Source: an uncultured virus (IMG/VR IMGVR_UViG_3300028393_000049) (taxonomy: Duplodnaviria > Heunggongvirae > Uroviricota > Caudoviricetes). Taken from it: DNA of 64,000 bases. Below are positions 38,896 through 48,738 of the stretch, in pieces. The position numbers and the translations under genes were made by a program. Position 1 is the stretch's first letter. Every line of letters begins with the position of its first letter. Under the pieces are notes generated by a model. That model had not been told where the DNA came from. It was given only the letters and a program-made list of their open reading frames with translations, and did not search any database. The stretch is from IMG/VR virus record IMGVR_UViG_3300028393_000049; one strand, given 5' to 3'.

Positions 38896-40149
38896 TTATT
38901 CTTTTTCTTGTGACTTTGCGTTCTTTTGGAAAGCAGCGATCTTAGCTTCTTGACGAAGATCACGATTGGTAGCCATAATTTCCATGATTGAACGCTCAAC
39001 TGCCTTATTACGGCTGACAAGAGTATCTGGAGTTACCCGTTGTGTTTCTTCCTTACGAAGCTTCTTGAAATCTTCAGCATCGATCTTATTAGGATCACCA
39101 GCAAGCTTTGCAATTTTCATTTGCTTAGGTGAAAGTTTCTTTTCTTCGCAAGAAGCGCACTCTTCTTCGAATTCAATCCCACCTTTGGTAAGATTTTTAA
39201 CAGCTCTTCCAATACCTATTGAGCGTTGTGCGTGTTTTCTATTTAAAGCGTTTCTATCTTCACGATCTCTAGGTGTTGTGCCTGTAGTTGCGGCTTTTTG
39301 ATTAATCTTACCAATGCCATGAGCAAGAGCACTTTTACTTGCACTGGCGCTACCAATATAATCACCATAAGTTTTGCTTGACAACTCATCAACCTGTTCG
39401 GCTTCTTTTTCAACTTCTGGCTTTTTCTTCTTGCCTGTTGGAGTATATCGAGCTGCATAAGCTTGACGACTTTTTTCGCCACCAGCTAACTTTTCTTCGA
39501 GTTCAACTTCTTCATTCTTAGCAGTATGAAGAGCAGGACCACCGCCTTGACCTTCTTTCTTAGCCTTTTCATATTCAGCCTTACGCTGATATGCTGGCTT
39601 ATCTAAATTTTTACCCATCCAAGGTGCTTTATCTTCTGATACTTTATTTGCGTGATAATTAGCAGTAATTGTAGCATCTTTTTTATCATCGCCATGATAT
39701 GAAACTGGACCTTCGCCCATATGCTTGCCCTTGGGATCATAATGGTGAACTTGATATTCATTATAATCTTTACTATAACGAACTTCATGACGACGACCGT
39801 CTTTACCTGTATGCGTAGAAACTAAACGAGTACCTGCAATTGGACTAGGTTTACGCTCTTCACCAAGTTCAACTTCTTCCTTACGAAGAATCTTTCTACC
39901 CTGTTGTAGCTTACCTTTTACATAAGCTCTTCCGCCATCAGAACCAATTCTAGCAAAAGCTTTTTCAAGTTCTGGATTTCCAAAATTATTTTTCTGGATA
40001 CCAAGTTTAGTAGTAGCAATATTCTTCTTCAACTTATTTTCTCTTTTAGCCATACCTTCTTCAAGATCGACGCCAGAATACTTGGCTTCAAAATCTTCGG
40101 CGGTCATGGTTTCGATATCGTGTTCTAGTTCTTCTTCTGAAAATGACAT
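38896..40149 (-). CDS. putative prohead core/internal polyprotein
   Basis: recurrent VDLEE, EEVELGEE, EEVELEE, QVDE, IEFEEE separating basic modules; late promoter near 40179. Confidence 0.55.
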   Translation of the reverse strand: MSFSEEELEHDIETMTAEDFEAKYSGVDLEEGMAKRENKLKKNIATTKLGIQKNNFGNPELEKAFARIGSDGGRAYVKGKLQQGRKILRKEEVELGEERKPSPIAGTRLVSTHTGKDGRRHEVRYSKDYNEYQVHHYDPKGKHMGEGPVSYHGDDKKDATITANYHANKVSEDKAPWMGKNLDKPAYQRKAEYEKAKKEGQGGGPALHTAKNEEVELEEKLAGGEKSRQAYAARYTPTGKKKKPEVEKEAEQVDELSSKTYGDYIGSASASKSALAHGIGKINQKAATTGTTPRDREDRNALNRKHAQRSIGIGRAVKNLTKGGIEFEEECASCEEKKLSPKQMKIAKLAGDPNKIDAEDFKKLRKEETQRVTPDTLVSRNKAVERSIMEIMATNRDLRQEAKIAAFQKNAKSQEKE

Positions 40150-40181
40150 GGTTCGTCCTTTTAATTAAAATTTCTTACTAT

Positions 40182-40622
40182 TTATGATTTCTTGGAGGTG
40201 GCTCTGAGCATCCAACCATGCTTCTTATGGGTGTCTGTTCTGTCTTGTAGGAAGTTTGATAGACCAATTTCGTTGGCATCATTAGCAGCTTCATATGCTT
40301 CTTTTAGTGTATTAAGTACAATTTCATTATCTGCCAACAATCTTGAAAACATTGATCGGGCATCTGGAACAGTAGTAGCGTCTTCGATGTTTGTTAGTTC
40401 TGAGAAACGAGAAAATGAGCCAGGAGAATATTCATCCAAGGCACGAATGTGTTCTGCGATAGCATCTGTGGCTGACCAAAGCTCATTATATAATCCATCA
40501 AAGAATGAATGGTACTGAGGAAAGTCTGCGCCTTCTACATTCCAATGATAGTTATGAGTTTTAAGATACATAGCAAAAGTATCAGCTAAAACAACTTTTA
40601 ATTTATCTGCAACCACTGACAT
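40182..40622 (-). CDS. dps: Dps/ferritin-like protein
   Basis: HNYHWNVEG..F..YH, DAIAEHIR, HKKHGWML. Confidence 0.92.
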   Translation of the reverse strand: MSVVADKLKVVLADTFAMYLKTHNYHWNVEGADFPQYHSFFDGLYNELWSATDAIAEHIRALDEYSPGSFSRFSELTNIEDATTVPDARSMFSRLLADNEIVLNTLKEAYEAANDANEIGLSNFLQDRTDTHKKHGWMLRATSKKS

Positions 40623-40631
40623 TATATTCTC

Positions 40632-41204
40632 CTACTTAATTTCTGTTTTTTTAGCAAGTTTACGAGCAATTCTTTTTTTCGCTACTTCTGGATTTGGTTC
40701 TTTTGGAGGAGCTTTTAGGTCTTCGTATTCCCTGTCGCTAAATCCAAGAACCCTCTCTAATGCAAAAATTTGTTTAATTCTTTTCATGGCTCTTCTTCTC
40801 TTTAATTGAGTTTCGTCACCATCAAGATCGTCCATGCCAATATCAACACCAAACTTACTTTTACCTAATGCGCTATCAGTTGGAGTAGGAATAACTGCCT
40901 CAGTTACTCTAGCAACATGTTCTTCAGCGCCACGACGAGTAGTGAAAATAGTAGGCTGACCAATAGGTTTACCAGACTTACTATGCTTACGAACAGCATA
41001 ACGAGTTTTTTCGCTACCAGGATTTGTTTCGGTAATTCTATGTTCTTCTTCTATATTCGTCTTACTTCTGGCAAAAACTTTATTGATTACGGATTCCATC
41101 GGATTGATGATAATCTCATCGGGTTCTTGTCCAGACGCAGTTCTTACGATTTGACCAGAAGCTTCAAATCTACCTTTAATAATATCCGAAAATTTCTTAG
41201 CCAT
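40632..41204 (-). CDS. late hypothetical protein, possibly internal head protein
   Basis: late promoter near 41233, IIINP motif, IxE sites. Confidence 0.5.
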   Translation of the reverse strand: MAKKFSDIIKGRFEASGQIVRTASGQEPDEIIINPMESVINKVFARSKTNIEEEHRITETNPGSEKTRYAVRKHSKSGKPIGQPTIFTTRRGAEEHVARVTEAVIPTPTDSALGKSKFGVDIGMDDLDGDETQLKRRRAMKRIKQIFALERVLGFSDREYEDLKAPPKEPNPEVAKKRIARKLAKKTEIK

Positions 41205-41256
41205 TGGTTCGCCTCTACGAAATGATTTTAGTTATTTATCTTTATTAAAATCCAAC

Positions 41257-41283
41257 AAAAAAAAGCCCCCCGAAGGAGGCTTT
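41257..41283 (-). terminator. intrinsic terminator
   Basis: GCCTCC-TTCG-GGGGGC followed by T run on - strand. Confidence 0.85.
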
Positions 41284-41286
41284 AGA

Positions 41287-41832
41287 TTAAATCCACCAAT
41301 AAGGAATATCTCGCTTAGTGTATTTTTTTAAATGTGATTTGCCTTTAACATAATAATTCCTATAATTAATCATCGGATCATCAGAGATGATGTATTCTTT
41401 ATCCATACACGATGGCATTGGTGTCATATCCCAATCATTTAGATTGAATGGTGGGGATTGGATTAGATACCCAAGCTTAGCCATAGTAGCATGGCGCTTA
41501 TTATAACGATGGGTATACTCATCACTAAGAGCAAACAAATGATCAACCAACCAATTATAGTTGCTAATGGATTGCCTTGCCCAGATAGCAGAAGGATGAT
41601 TAATATGAGTAGCACTATAAAGAATGTCATTACGTCCGTCTCCTAGAATCCACACCGTTTTCTTACGGCGCTTGCCATCTTTTTCTAAAGTAACTTCTAT
41701 AGGCGCACCATCAAGCACACGGTGTGCAGTTGACAATAGTTGTGCGGACTCTAGGATCATCTTAACAACGTGCCTATCTACCATCGATTGAGCAGATTGT
41801 ACGGGACATTCGTCTAACATAAAAATATTCAT
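41287..41832 (-). CDS. pyrimidine-dimer DNA glycosylase-like protein
   Basis: MNIF.LD..P, HVVKMILE.AQLLSTAH, H.NHPS..W, YR.YY. Confidence 0.75.
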   Translation of the reverse strand: MNIFMLDECPVQSAQSMVDRHVVKMILESAQLLSTAHRVLDGAPIEVTLEKDGKRRKKTVWILGDGRNDILYSATHINHPSAIWARQSISNYNWLVDHLFALSDEYTHRYNKRHATMAKLGYLIQSPPFNLNDWDMTPMPSCMDKEYIISDDPMINYRNYYVKGKSHLKKYTKRDIPYWWI

Positions 41833-42239
41833 AACCAATTATATCCATCATCTGTTGTGTAACACACATGTTTAATATTAAAGGTGGCAATAGCTTTTTG
41901 GCATCCTGCACACGGCTTAGACAATCCCCACTGAAGGGTACGCCCAAACTCATTATCATACTTTACTCTGCAAATGTAAAGCTTTGATTTTGCAATTGTC
42001 GCAATATCATGCTTTTTTAATGCATTTTTTATAGCATCAGTCTCAGCGTGAAGATAGATAGAATCTTCGTTAGAAGAATATTGACGTTGAAATGGATGTG
42101 ACTTCATTTGATTTACACCAAACGAAAGTATCTCATTTCTATGTACAACAGCAGCAGCAAGCCTTCCTCTAAATTCAACAGGAACTGTTTCTGCCATGAC
42201 CTGTAATATGTTTAGAATTTTTAAATGCGGATCACGCAT
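41829..42239 (-). CDS. CMP/dCMP-type deaminase
   Basis: HAE, SKPCAGC. Confidence 0.8.
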   Translation of the reverse strand: MRDPHLKILNILQVMAETVPVEFRGRLAAAVVHRNEILSFGVNQMKSHPFQRQYSSNEDSIYLHAETDAIKNALKKHDIATIAKSKLYICRVKYDNEFGRTLQWGLSKPCAGCQKAIATFNIKHVCYTTDDGYNWL

Positions 42240-42405
42240 ATTGTTATCTCACTATGAGTATCCAAGGTTCTGTCTTTGATGGATCATAATATGTAATCTT
42301 CTTAGACAACTTTTTATTATTATTGGTTGTCTCATTCATTTCATAGTATGTTTTAAAAGTCATAATGCTAGAACGTTTCTTCTTCATATCAATCACAGAT
42401 TTCTC

Positions 42406-42906
42406 CTACTTTAAACCATACGACTTACGAGTATCAATATCAAGAGATTGGAAATATCTACTATACAACCCAACCTCACGCCCAAATGCTTCTATTTCCC
42501 AAGGGCTGTCAAAGTAAGCATCTTCGTCGGCGTCATTTATAACATGCATTTGATTTTTCCACATAACAGAATTATCTGCACCAATGACATCAATTAATTC
42601 ATTCTTCACATATTGCTTGATGTGAACTATTTCGTGGGCGAGTGTTTTTTCTAGAATTACTTTTCTATCGGTTGATAAAGAAATTTCAAAGTATTTTGGA
42701 TTTTCATCATATTCAATACAGGTACATAGACCTTCTGTTTGTTCTTTTACCAAAGTTTTATCAAAAACTACAGAAACATCTATGGAAGAAAATTCTTCTT
42801 CTGTGAATAGTTTTCTTCCATAAAATATCAACGCATTTTTAACTCTATCTTCCCAATACTCAGTAGGCTTCTTTTGTCCTGAGTATGGCTCCACTGATAT
42901 TTTCAT
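42406..42906 (-). CDS. HExxH metallopeptidase-like protein
   Basis: LAHEIVHIKQ, PWEIEA. Confidence 0.75.
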   Translation of the reverse strand: MKISVEPYSGQKKPTEYWEDRVKNALIFYGRKLFTEEEFSSIDVSVVFDKTLVKEQTEGLCTCIEYDENPKYFEISLSTDRKVILEKTLAHEIVHIKQYVKNELIDVIGADNSVMWKNQMHVINDADEDAYFDSPWEIEAFGREVGLYSRYFQSLDIDTRKSYGLK

Positions 42907-42912
42907 GATATA

Positions 42913-43212
42913 TTAGTCCTGTAATGGATTAACGTCGAGGATTTTCTTTAGAAGTTTGATGGTTTTCTTATTGTATGAATTTAGTCGTTTAATAGATTCA
43001 TCAACCTGTTCAGAAGTAATTCCATATTTTGTAGAAAGACAATCGTAGATGTCCATCATCATTTCATGACCAGACATCCTTGGATTTTTCTTTTTGAAAT
43101 ATCTTGCTGTACACACCAGTTCATCATAATCAACCCATAGTTGATAATCTTCGTACTTATCAAGTCCGTTTGCCATTAAGTACTCCTTGACATTAGTATA
43201 GCACATCTTCAT
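42913..43212 (-). CDS. hypothetical protein
   Basis: ORF behind a sigma70-like promoter; true start probably MANGL. Confidence 0.45.
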   Translation of the reverse strand: MKMCYTNVKEYLMANGLDKYEDYQLWVDYDELVCTARYFKKKNPRMSGHEMMMDIYDCLSTKYGITSEQVDESIKRLNSYNKKTIKLLKKILDVNPLQD

Positions 43213-43591
43213 TTTTTGTCAACCCATGTTTTTCGATCTTTTCATGAATTTTTTCAAAGTGTTTATCAATATGCTCAGTAAGTTTATACAATTGTTCGTG
43301 CTCAGAGGTCTCTAATCTATATATCGAAATTGAACGCTCACGATCAATTTGAGATTGCCTATTGTTACTAATCATAATAATTGGAGCAGAATATGCTGCT
43401 TGAAATGATAATGCTAGATTTAAAAATATAAAAGGAAACGAATCAAACCTTAAATTTATTGGACCTAGAGTATTCCACAATATATAAGAAAGCAATAGAC
43501 AACTTTGTAAAACAATAAATCTCCAAGAGCCTAAAGTTTTAGCAGCACGGTCAGCTAATCTTTCCCCAAATGTTGGATTTTTTTCTACCAT
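43193..43591 (-). CDS. DUF1003-like membrane protein
   Basis: GERLAD......GSWRFI, FD.FPFIFLNL.LS.QAAY.APII. Confidence 0.8.
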   Translation of the reverse strand: MVEKNPTFGERLADRAAKTLGSWRFIVLQSCLLLSYILWNTLGPINLRFDSFPFIFLNLALSFQAAYSAPIIMISNNRQSQIDRERSISIYRLETSEHEQLYKLTEHIDKHFEKIHEKIEKHGLTKNEDVLY

Positions 43592-43646
43592 TTTATTCTC
43601 CTGTTTGATCCATATTAAAAACAGAAGTCACCCATTATTTATAGTA

Positions 43647-44075
43647 TCAGATATGAGACAGTATAATTGCTAAAAAAATAAAACCAAATATCCAAACCGT
43701 TGCTGTTAGTGATAACGGTTTGGATTTAGTGGTTCTTCGACGATTTACATTTTTAGTTCTAGGTGTTGCTCTTGGCTTATACAACTTTGTCTTTGGTGGA
43801 GCTTTGAACTTAGTTGGCTTAATAACCTTAGTCTTTACAACCTTCGTTCTAACTTTCTTTGGAGAGATGGTTTTCCTTGTTACATAGCCAGATGAATTTG
43901 TATAAGTCTTAGTGATCTTAGTAGGACCATTACTGGGCCTACTAGAAGTAGTTCTAATGTTTCCACTTTTTGAACTATGAGACTGAACAGTTTTGCCATT
44001 TGTATTTCGGCTAAATGTATTTCTAGAATTTCCACTCGAAGTAGTAGTTCGTTTTGTTCCCATTTTATATCTCAA
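43647..44075 (-). CDS. very basic T/K-rich protein with C-terminal TM helix
   Basis: composition. Confidence 0.5.
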   Translation of the reverse strand: MRYKMGTKRTTTSSGNSRNTFSRNTNGKTVQSHSSKSGNIRTTSSRPSNGPTKITKTYTNSSGYVTRKTISPKKVRTKVVKTKVIKPTKFKAPPKTKLYKPRATPRTKNVNRRRTTKSKPLSLTATVWIFGFIFLAIILSHI

Positions 44076-44078
44076 CTA

Positions 44079-45179
44079 TTAAAATAAATCTAACGATTCC
44101 CAAGGTAACTCAGTTTTTCCGAAATGACCATAGTTTGTAGTTTGTGTATATATGGGACGGAACAATTTAAACTTATCAATAATTCCCTTTGGCGTCAAGT
44201 CAACATTCTTAGAAATCCAATTAGATAAATGTTGATCTTCTTGGCCATTAACTTTAACACTCACACTAATTGGTTCTGCAACGCCAATAGCATATGCTAA
44301 TTGAACTGTAGCAAACATTGGTGTAGAATACGCCCAATTATATACGATATTCTTAGCTAAGTATCGAGCCATGTATGCAGCACTTCTGTCTACTTTTGTT
44401 GGGTCTTTACCACTAAAAGCACCACCACCATGAGGAGAAGAGCCTCCGTAAGTATCTACGATAATCTTTCTACCTGTCAGACCAGTATCTCCATCTGGAC
44501 CACCGATAACAAATCTACCTGTAGGATTAATTAGAAATTCAGTATTTTTTAAATTTACTTCAGAAATTAAATTACGGATAGCACCTTCTACTATTTCCCT
44601 AACATGTTCAATTTTTACATCTTCTCTATGTTGAGTTGAGCATACGATTTTACGGATACCGATAATATTATTACGGTCATCATACTCTAAAGTTACTTGT
44701 GCCTTAGAATCTGGTCCTAGCTCAGTTTGTCCATTTTTACGAAGAGAAGTTAGATGTTGCATTATCTGGTGACTATAATTAATAGCTGCTGGCATATAAT
44801 TTTTAGTCTCATTACATGCATAACCAAACATAAGACCCTGATCACCAGCACCAAAATTATCAGTACCTAAAGCAATATCTTCTGACTGTCCGTGTAGTAA
44901 ATTAGTAATATCTACAGTGCGCCAATTAAATCCAGATTGTTCATACCCAATATTTTTAATAGTAGAACGAACTGTATTTTCAACTTCTTCTGGATTTAAA
45001 ATACCTTTGTACTCTCCAGCTAAAATTACTTTATCTGTAGTAACTAATGTTTCACACGCACATCTCATGCTTGTGTCTTCATGTTTCATGACTAAATCTA
45101 AAATAGAATCACTAATAAGATCAGCAACTTTATCTGGATGACCTTCGCTGACGCTTTCGCTTGTAAACAAATAATTCAT
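44079..45179 (-). CDS. metK: S-adenosylmethionine synthetase
   Basis: FTSESVSEGHPDK, GAGDQG, GGGAFSGKD. Confidence 0.96.
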   Translation of the reverse strand: MNYLFTSESVSEGHPDKVADLISDSILDLVMKHEDTSMRCACETLVTTDKVILAGEYKGILNPEEVENTVRSTIKNIGYEQSGFNWRTVDITNLLHGQSEDIALGTDNFGAGDQGLMFGYACNETKNYMPAAINYSHQIMQHLTSLRKNGQTELGPDSKAQVTLEYDDRNNIIGIRKIVCSTQHREDVKIEHVREIVEGAIRNLISEVNLKNTEFLINPTGRFVIGGPDGDTGLTGRKIIVDTYGGSSPHGGGAFSGKDPTKVDRSAAYMARYLAKNIVYNWAYSTPMFATVQLAYAIGVAEPISVSVKVNGQEDQHLSNWISKNVDLTPKGIIDKFKLFRPIYTQTTNYGHFGKTELPWESLDLF

Positions 45180-45182
45180 AAA

Positions 45183-45767
45183 TTAACTCCAAAGCATATT
45201 ATAATATTTACCAAAGAGACGATTTCCATTCTTAATTCTGACAGAATGAGCATCATATGCTGCTTTGTCGGTGTTGAACTCATCTTCTAGATAGGTATTT
45301 TGAATAGCATGTTGTTCGAATGTCCAGACCATTTCGTCGATAACATAATCCCAACGAGCATGATAGCGGCTATCGATATCCCATTGGTGTTCTTTTACTT
45401 CTAAAGGATCGACCTTCAGATGATCAGGAACATCAACATCATCAACAAATGGAGAACCTTGTTTAGCATCCTTTAGCTTCTTAAGGGCAGGAACAATAAT
45501 AAGAGCCAGAGTATAATCTAATGCCCAAACATCGTGCTTTTCGATCTTTACCTTAACCCTCTTGGGAATCTTGAAGATAATCTTATTGATAGTAGCGTTT
45601 AGAATATTATCAATAGTATCGCCAATCGCAACAACTACATTATCGATAAAACTTAATTCTTTATCTTCCATAGAAAAATATGGCTTATTGTACTTCTTCA
45701 TAAAATATTTATTAATAAGTCCATAAGTCTCTAATGCGTAATAATCATTGCCAATATTAATCTTCAT
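45183..45767 (-). CDS. conserved phage hypothetical protein
   Basis: DVW.LD.TLA.II.P.L, RWDYV.DEM.W.F, LFGKYY..LW. Confidence 0.65.
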   Translation of the reverse strand: MKINIGNDYYALETYGLINKYFMKKYNKPYFSMEDKELSFIDNVVVAIGDTIDNILNATINKIIFKIPKRVKVKIEKHDVWALDYTLALIIVPALKKLKDAKQGSPFVDDVDVPDHLKVDPLEVKEHQWDIDSRYHARWDYVIDEMVWTFEQHAIQNTYLEDEFNTDKAAYDAHSVRIKNGNRLFGKYYNMLWS

Positions 45768-45917
45768 CGAATAAATCTCCTATAATTGAATTCATTTGTA
45801 AATTACCAATATCATCTTCTAAATTTTCAATATCTTTTGGAGCTGCGCCCATTTCTTTCATCTCGTTGAGCTTTTCAATCAATCTGAATATAGCAGCGAT
45901 TTCTACTTCTCTACTCA

Positions 45918-46214
45918 TTATATCAACTCGTTTCTATAAAGGGTTAATTCGCTAGATTCTTGAAATGTCTTGATACAAGAATCACATAAGGTATCGCCCA
46001 CGTTTAAACCAGGATCATTATTAAACTTCCAAGATTCAAAATCAATGAGCTTAGAACCAAACCCACCAGCTACTAAGTATAATGTACTGTCATAAGGACC
46101 TGTCATAGTATAAAAAGTAGAAGCGCAGTCGTTTGCTTGATTATGAAAAAATCCTTCAAACTCAGTTCCACACTCATTACAAGTTACTAAAAATTCTTCT
46201 TCCATCACAACCAC
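45918..46214 (-). CDS. Zn-binding hypothetical protein
   Basis: CNEC ... CDSC. Confidence 0.5.
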   Translation of the reverse strand: MVVMEEEFLVTCNECGTEFEGFFHNQANDCASTFYTMTGPYDSTLYLVAGGFGSKLIDFESWKFNNDPGLNVGDTLCDSCIKTFQESSELTLYRNELI

Positions 46215-46735
46215 TTGATGTTCATGATACTCACAGTCTTGCCTTGATGGCGTTCTTGTAAATAATTTTGAACAGCAAAATCACTAGTCGATCCAGCTAA
46301 GTTCAGAGTAGAACTGCCTTGCATTTGTTGACGAGACTTTCGCCCACCTTCTTCAAGATAGTAATCAACAAAAAAAGTCGTTTTCATTTTGTTTCCTGTT
46401 AAAGACATTTCCATTTCCTGAATAGTATAACTCACTTTGAACCCGCTGTCTCTAAAATAATATCGACAACGGCAATAGCTGCCATACGACATTGATGCAT
46501 AGAAACAAGTTGATTGCTTGGATATGGCTTTGTCTTCTGCATAGTTTCATAGATTTGATGAGTGATCTTTTCACGAAGTACAGATGGCGTCTCGGTCATT
46601 TCAATTCTTTCATAAAAATTAAAGATAGACTGGAAGGAGTGTCCTTCATCATCGGGTTCAAAGCCGCGAGGTCTTTATTAAACGACAGTCTATCTACTTA
46701 TAATATATCAATTTGACCAAATGTCAATCGATATA

Positions 46736-47167
46736 TTAATCTTGGATAAAGGTTTTCTTCTTATCTTTTTTGGAATTGATCGGAATAGATTCTTCCTTTG
46801 CCTTATCTGTGGCATAGGAAATAAGAATCTTCAAGATACCATCTTCCAAAGTAACATCGTCTACGATACTATTATCTGGAACGACAAAAGAAACTGCATA
46901 ATGGTTTTTATTGATACCACGATATACATACGGACGTTCGCCAGCATCGGAACGCTTCGCATGAATAGACACACGGTTGTCCTTCTTAGACACATCGATG
47001 TCTTCTTCTGTAAATCCAGGAAGAGCAATCTCGATAATATGTCCATTGTCCGCAAGAGAAGACTTACGAATAATATTATAATAAGGAATATGTGTCAAAT
47101 CAGAATTAAGGTTTGCAGTTAGCTTCATCAATTCTTCATACTGATTAAAAAAAGTCTTAAGCATCAT
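46736..47167 (-). CDS. small heat-shock protein Hsp20
   Basis: P.YNI, IEIALPGF, YRGI, LEDGILKI. Confidence 0.88.
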   Translation of the reverse strand: MMLKTFFNQYEELMKLTANLNSDLTHIPYYNIIRKSSLADNGHIIEIALPGFTEEDIDVSKKDNRVSIHAKRSDAGERPYVYRGINKNHYAVSFVVPDNSIVDDVTLEDGILKILISYATDKAKEESIPINSKKDKKKTFIQD

Positions 47168-47219
47168 GTGTTTCTCCATTTAAGCAAGATATATTAAAGC
47201 GTCCCACATTGGCAACGCC
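47168..47219 (-). promoter_or_regulatory. ROSE-like RNA thermometer leader
   Basis: UCUUGCU pairing with SD GGAGA (bulged G), preceded by a hairpin; TTGACA-N17-TATATA just upstream. Confidence 0.55.
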
Positions 47220-47249
47220 AAGCATATATAGTATTTCTTATTTTATTTG

Positions 47250-48683
47250 TCAAGCCATGAAATCATCAAAATTCTTCTTTTTGCTTTTCCATGTTGCCTT
47301 CATGTCTTCTTCGTAACGTTCGCCATACTGAGTTTCATCCATCACAGGAACATCTTTATTCTTCTTCCTCTTCTTAGGAGTTGAATTGTCGAGATCGTCC
47401 TGTGCAGATTGTTCTGCGTCGAACAACTGCATCTTGGCTCTATCCATACCAATAACAAACTTCTTGCCGTTCTCTGCATATCGGTTCTTGAGGATTTTCA
47501 CCATTAGCTGATGCATTTCTTCAAGTTCTTCGGTAGCAATAAGAGCAAACATTAAGTCGGCAGTAGCAGGAACGCCAAAGCTTTCTGATGTGTTTGCGAG
47601 GTCAACATCACTAGATGCATAACCATCACGATTTGTTTGTGTAGCGGTAAAGATAGCAGTCTTTGTTTCTACAGCTAGACCACGAATTTCTTCTGCAATA
47701 GACTTGATGTAAGTATAGCTATTGACGCTATTCCCCATCTTCATCCTAGATGATGCACAGATATTCAGATAGTCAATATAGATAACATCAGGAACGAAGC
47801 CCTTCTTTAGCTTTAGTTCCTGAATAAGATGCTTGAAGTGAGATACGCCAGCGCCACTGGTTGGATATTCCTTAATAATAAGTTTACCCTTAACCTTTGT
47901 CTTGACACGAGCCATCTTCTTCTGGAAAGAATCACGAGGAAGTTCACGTAGTTCTTCAGTAGATATGTTCATCAAGTTCGCATCAATGCGTTCAGCAATA
48001 CGTTCTTCTGACATTTCCATTGTAATGTAGAGAACATTCACACCATGCAAAAGATTAGCAGCAGCACAGTGAGCCATAAACATCGTCTTACCAACACCAG
48101 TAGAGGCAAGAGCAATACTCAAAGTCTTTCTTGCGACACCTCCCTGTGTTACCTTATTGAAAATATCAAGATCAAACGGAATACGATCTTCCTTCGTATG
48201 ATAGAAGTCATATCGCTCTTCTGCATTATCAATAAAGTCGTGACCAACATTTGTATCAAAAGATACAGCCAAGGCTTCGGAAAGGATTTCAGGAATAGAC
48301 CCCTTATCCTTATCCTTATCATTACCAGAATGGATAGCGATACTTTCCATCAAGGCGTTATAGACTGCTTGTTCTTGACAGTAACGTTCTGTTTCATCTA
48401 GAAGCCAGTCAGAATTTGTCTGATCATCATACTGAAGAGAAGACACAAGTTCTTGTGTATCTTTGAACAACTCTTCATTAAGTCCTGTTTTGTTATCAAG
48501 GTCAATATGTAGAGCCTCCTTTGAGGGAGGCTCATTATATTTGTGTGTGTATTCATCAATCAAAGAAAACAAGGTACGATACGATTGATCAGCAAAATAT
48601 TCTGGCTTTACGAAAGGAAGAACCTTTCTCGCATATTCCTTATTGTGAATAAGGTTTGATAGAATAGTTTGCTCAATCGACAT
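47250..48683 (-). CDS. gp41: replicative helicase gp41
   Basis: ASTGVGKT, IKEYPT, IDYLNI, ATQTNR, SESFG. Confidence 0.95.
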   Translation of the reverse strand: MSIEQTILSNLIHNKEYARKVLPFVKPEYFADQSYRTLFSLIDEYTHKYNEPPSKEALHIDLDNKTGLNEELFKDTQELVSSLQYDDQTNSDWLLDETERYCQEQAVYNALMESIAIHSGNDKDKDKGSIPEILSEALAVSFDTNVGHDFIDNAEERYDFYHTKEDRIPFDLDIFNKVTQGGVARKTLSIALASTGVGKTMFMAHCAAANLLHGVNVLYITMEMSEERIAERIDANLMNISTEELRELPRDSFQKKMARVKTKVKGKLIIKEYPTSGAGVSHFKHLIQELKLKKGFVPDVIYIDYLNICASSRMKMGNSVNSYTYIKSIAEEIRGLAVETKTAIFTATQTNRDGYASSDVDLANTSESFGVPATADLMFALIATEELEEMHQLMVKILKNRYAENGKKFVIGMDRAKMQLFDAEQSAQDDLDNSTPKKRKKNKDVPVMDETQYGERYEEDMKATWKSKKKNFDDFMA

Positions 48684-48738
48684 TAATTTCTCCTAGTTAT
48701 AGAACGAGTATATAGTAGGATTATAAAAATGTCAACCT

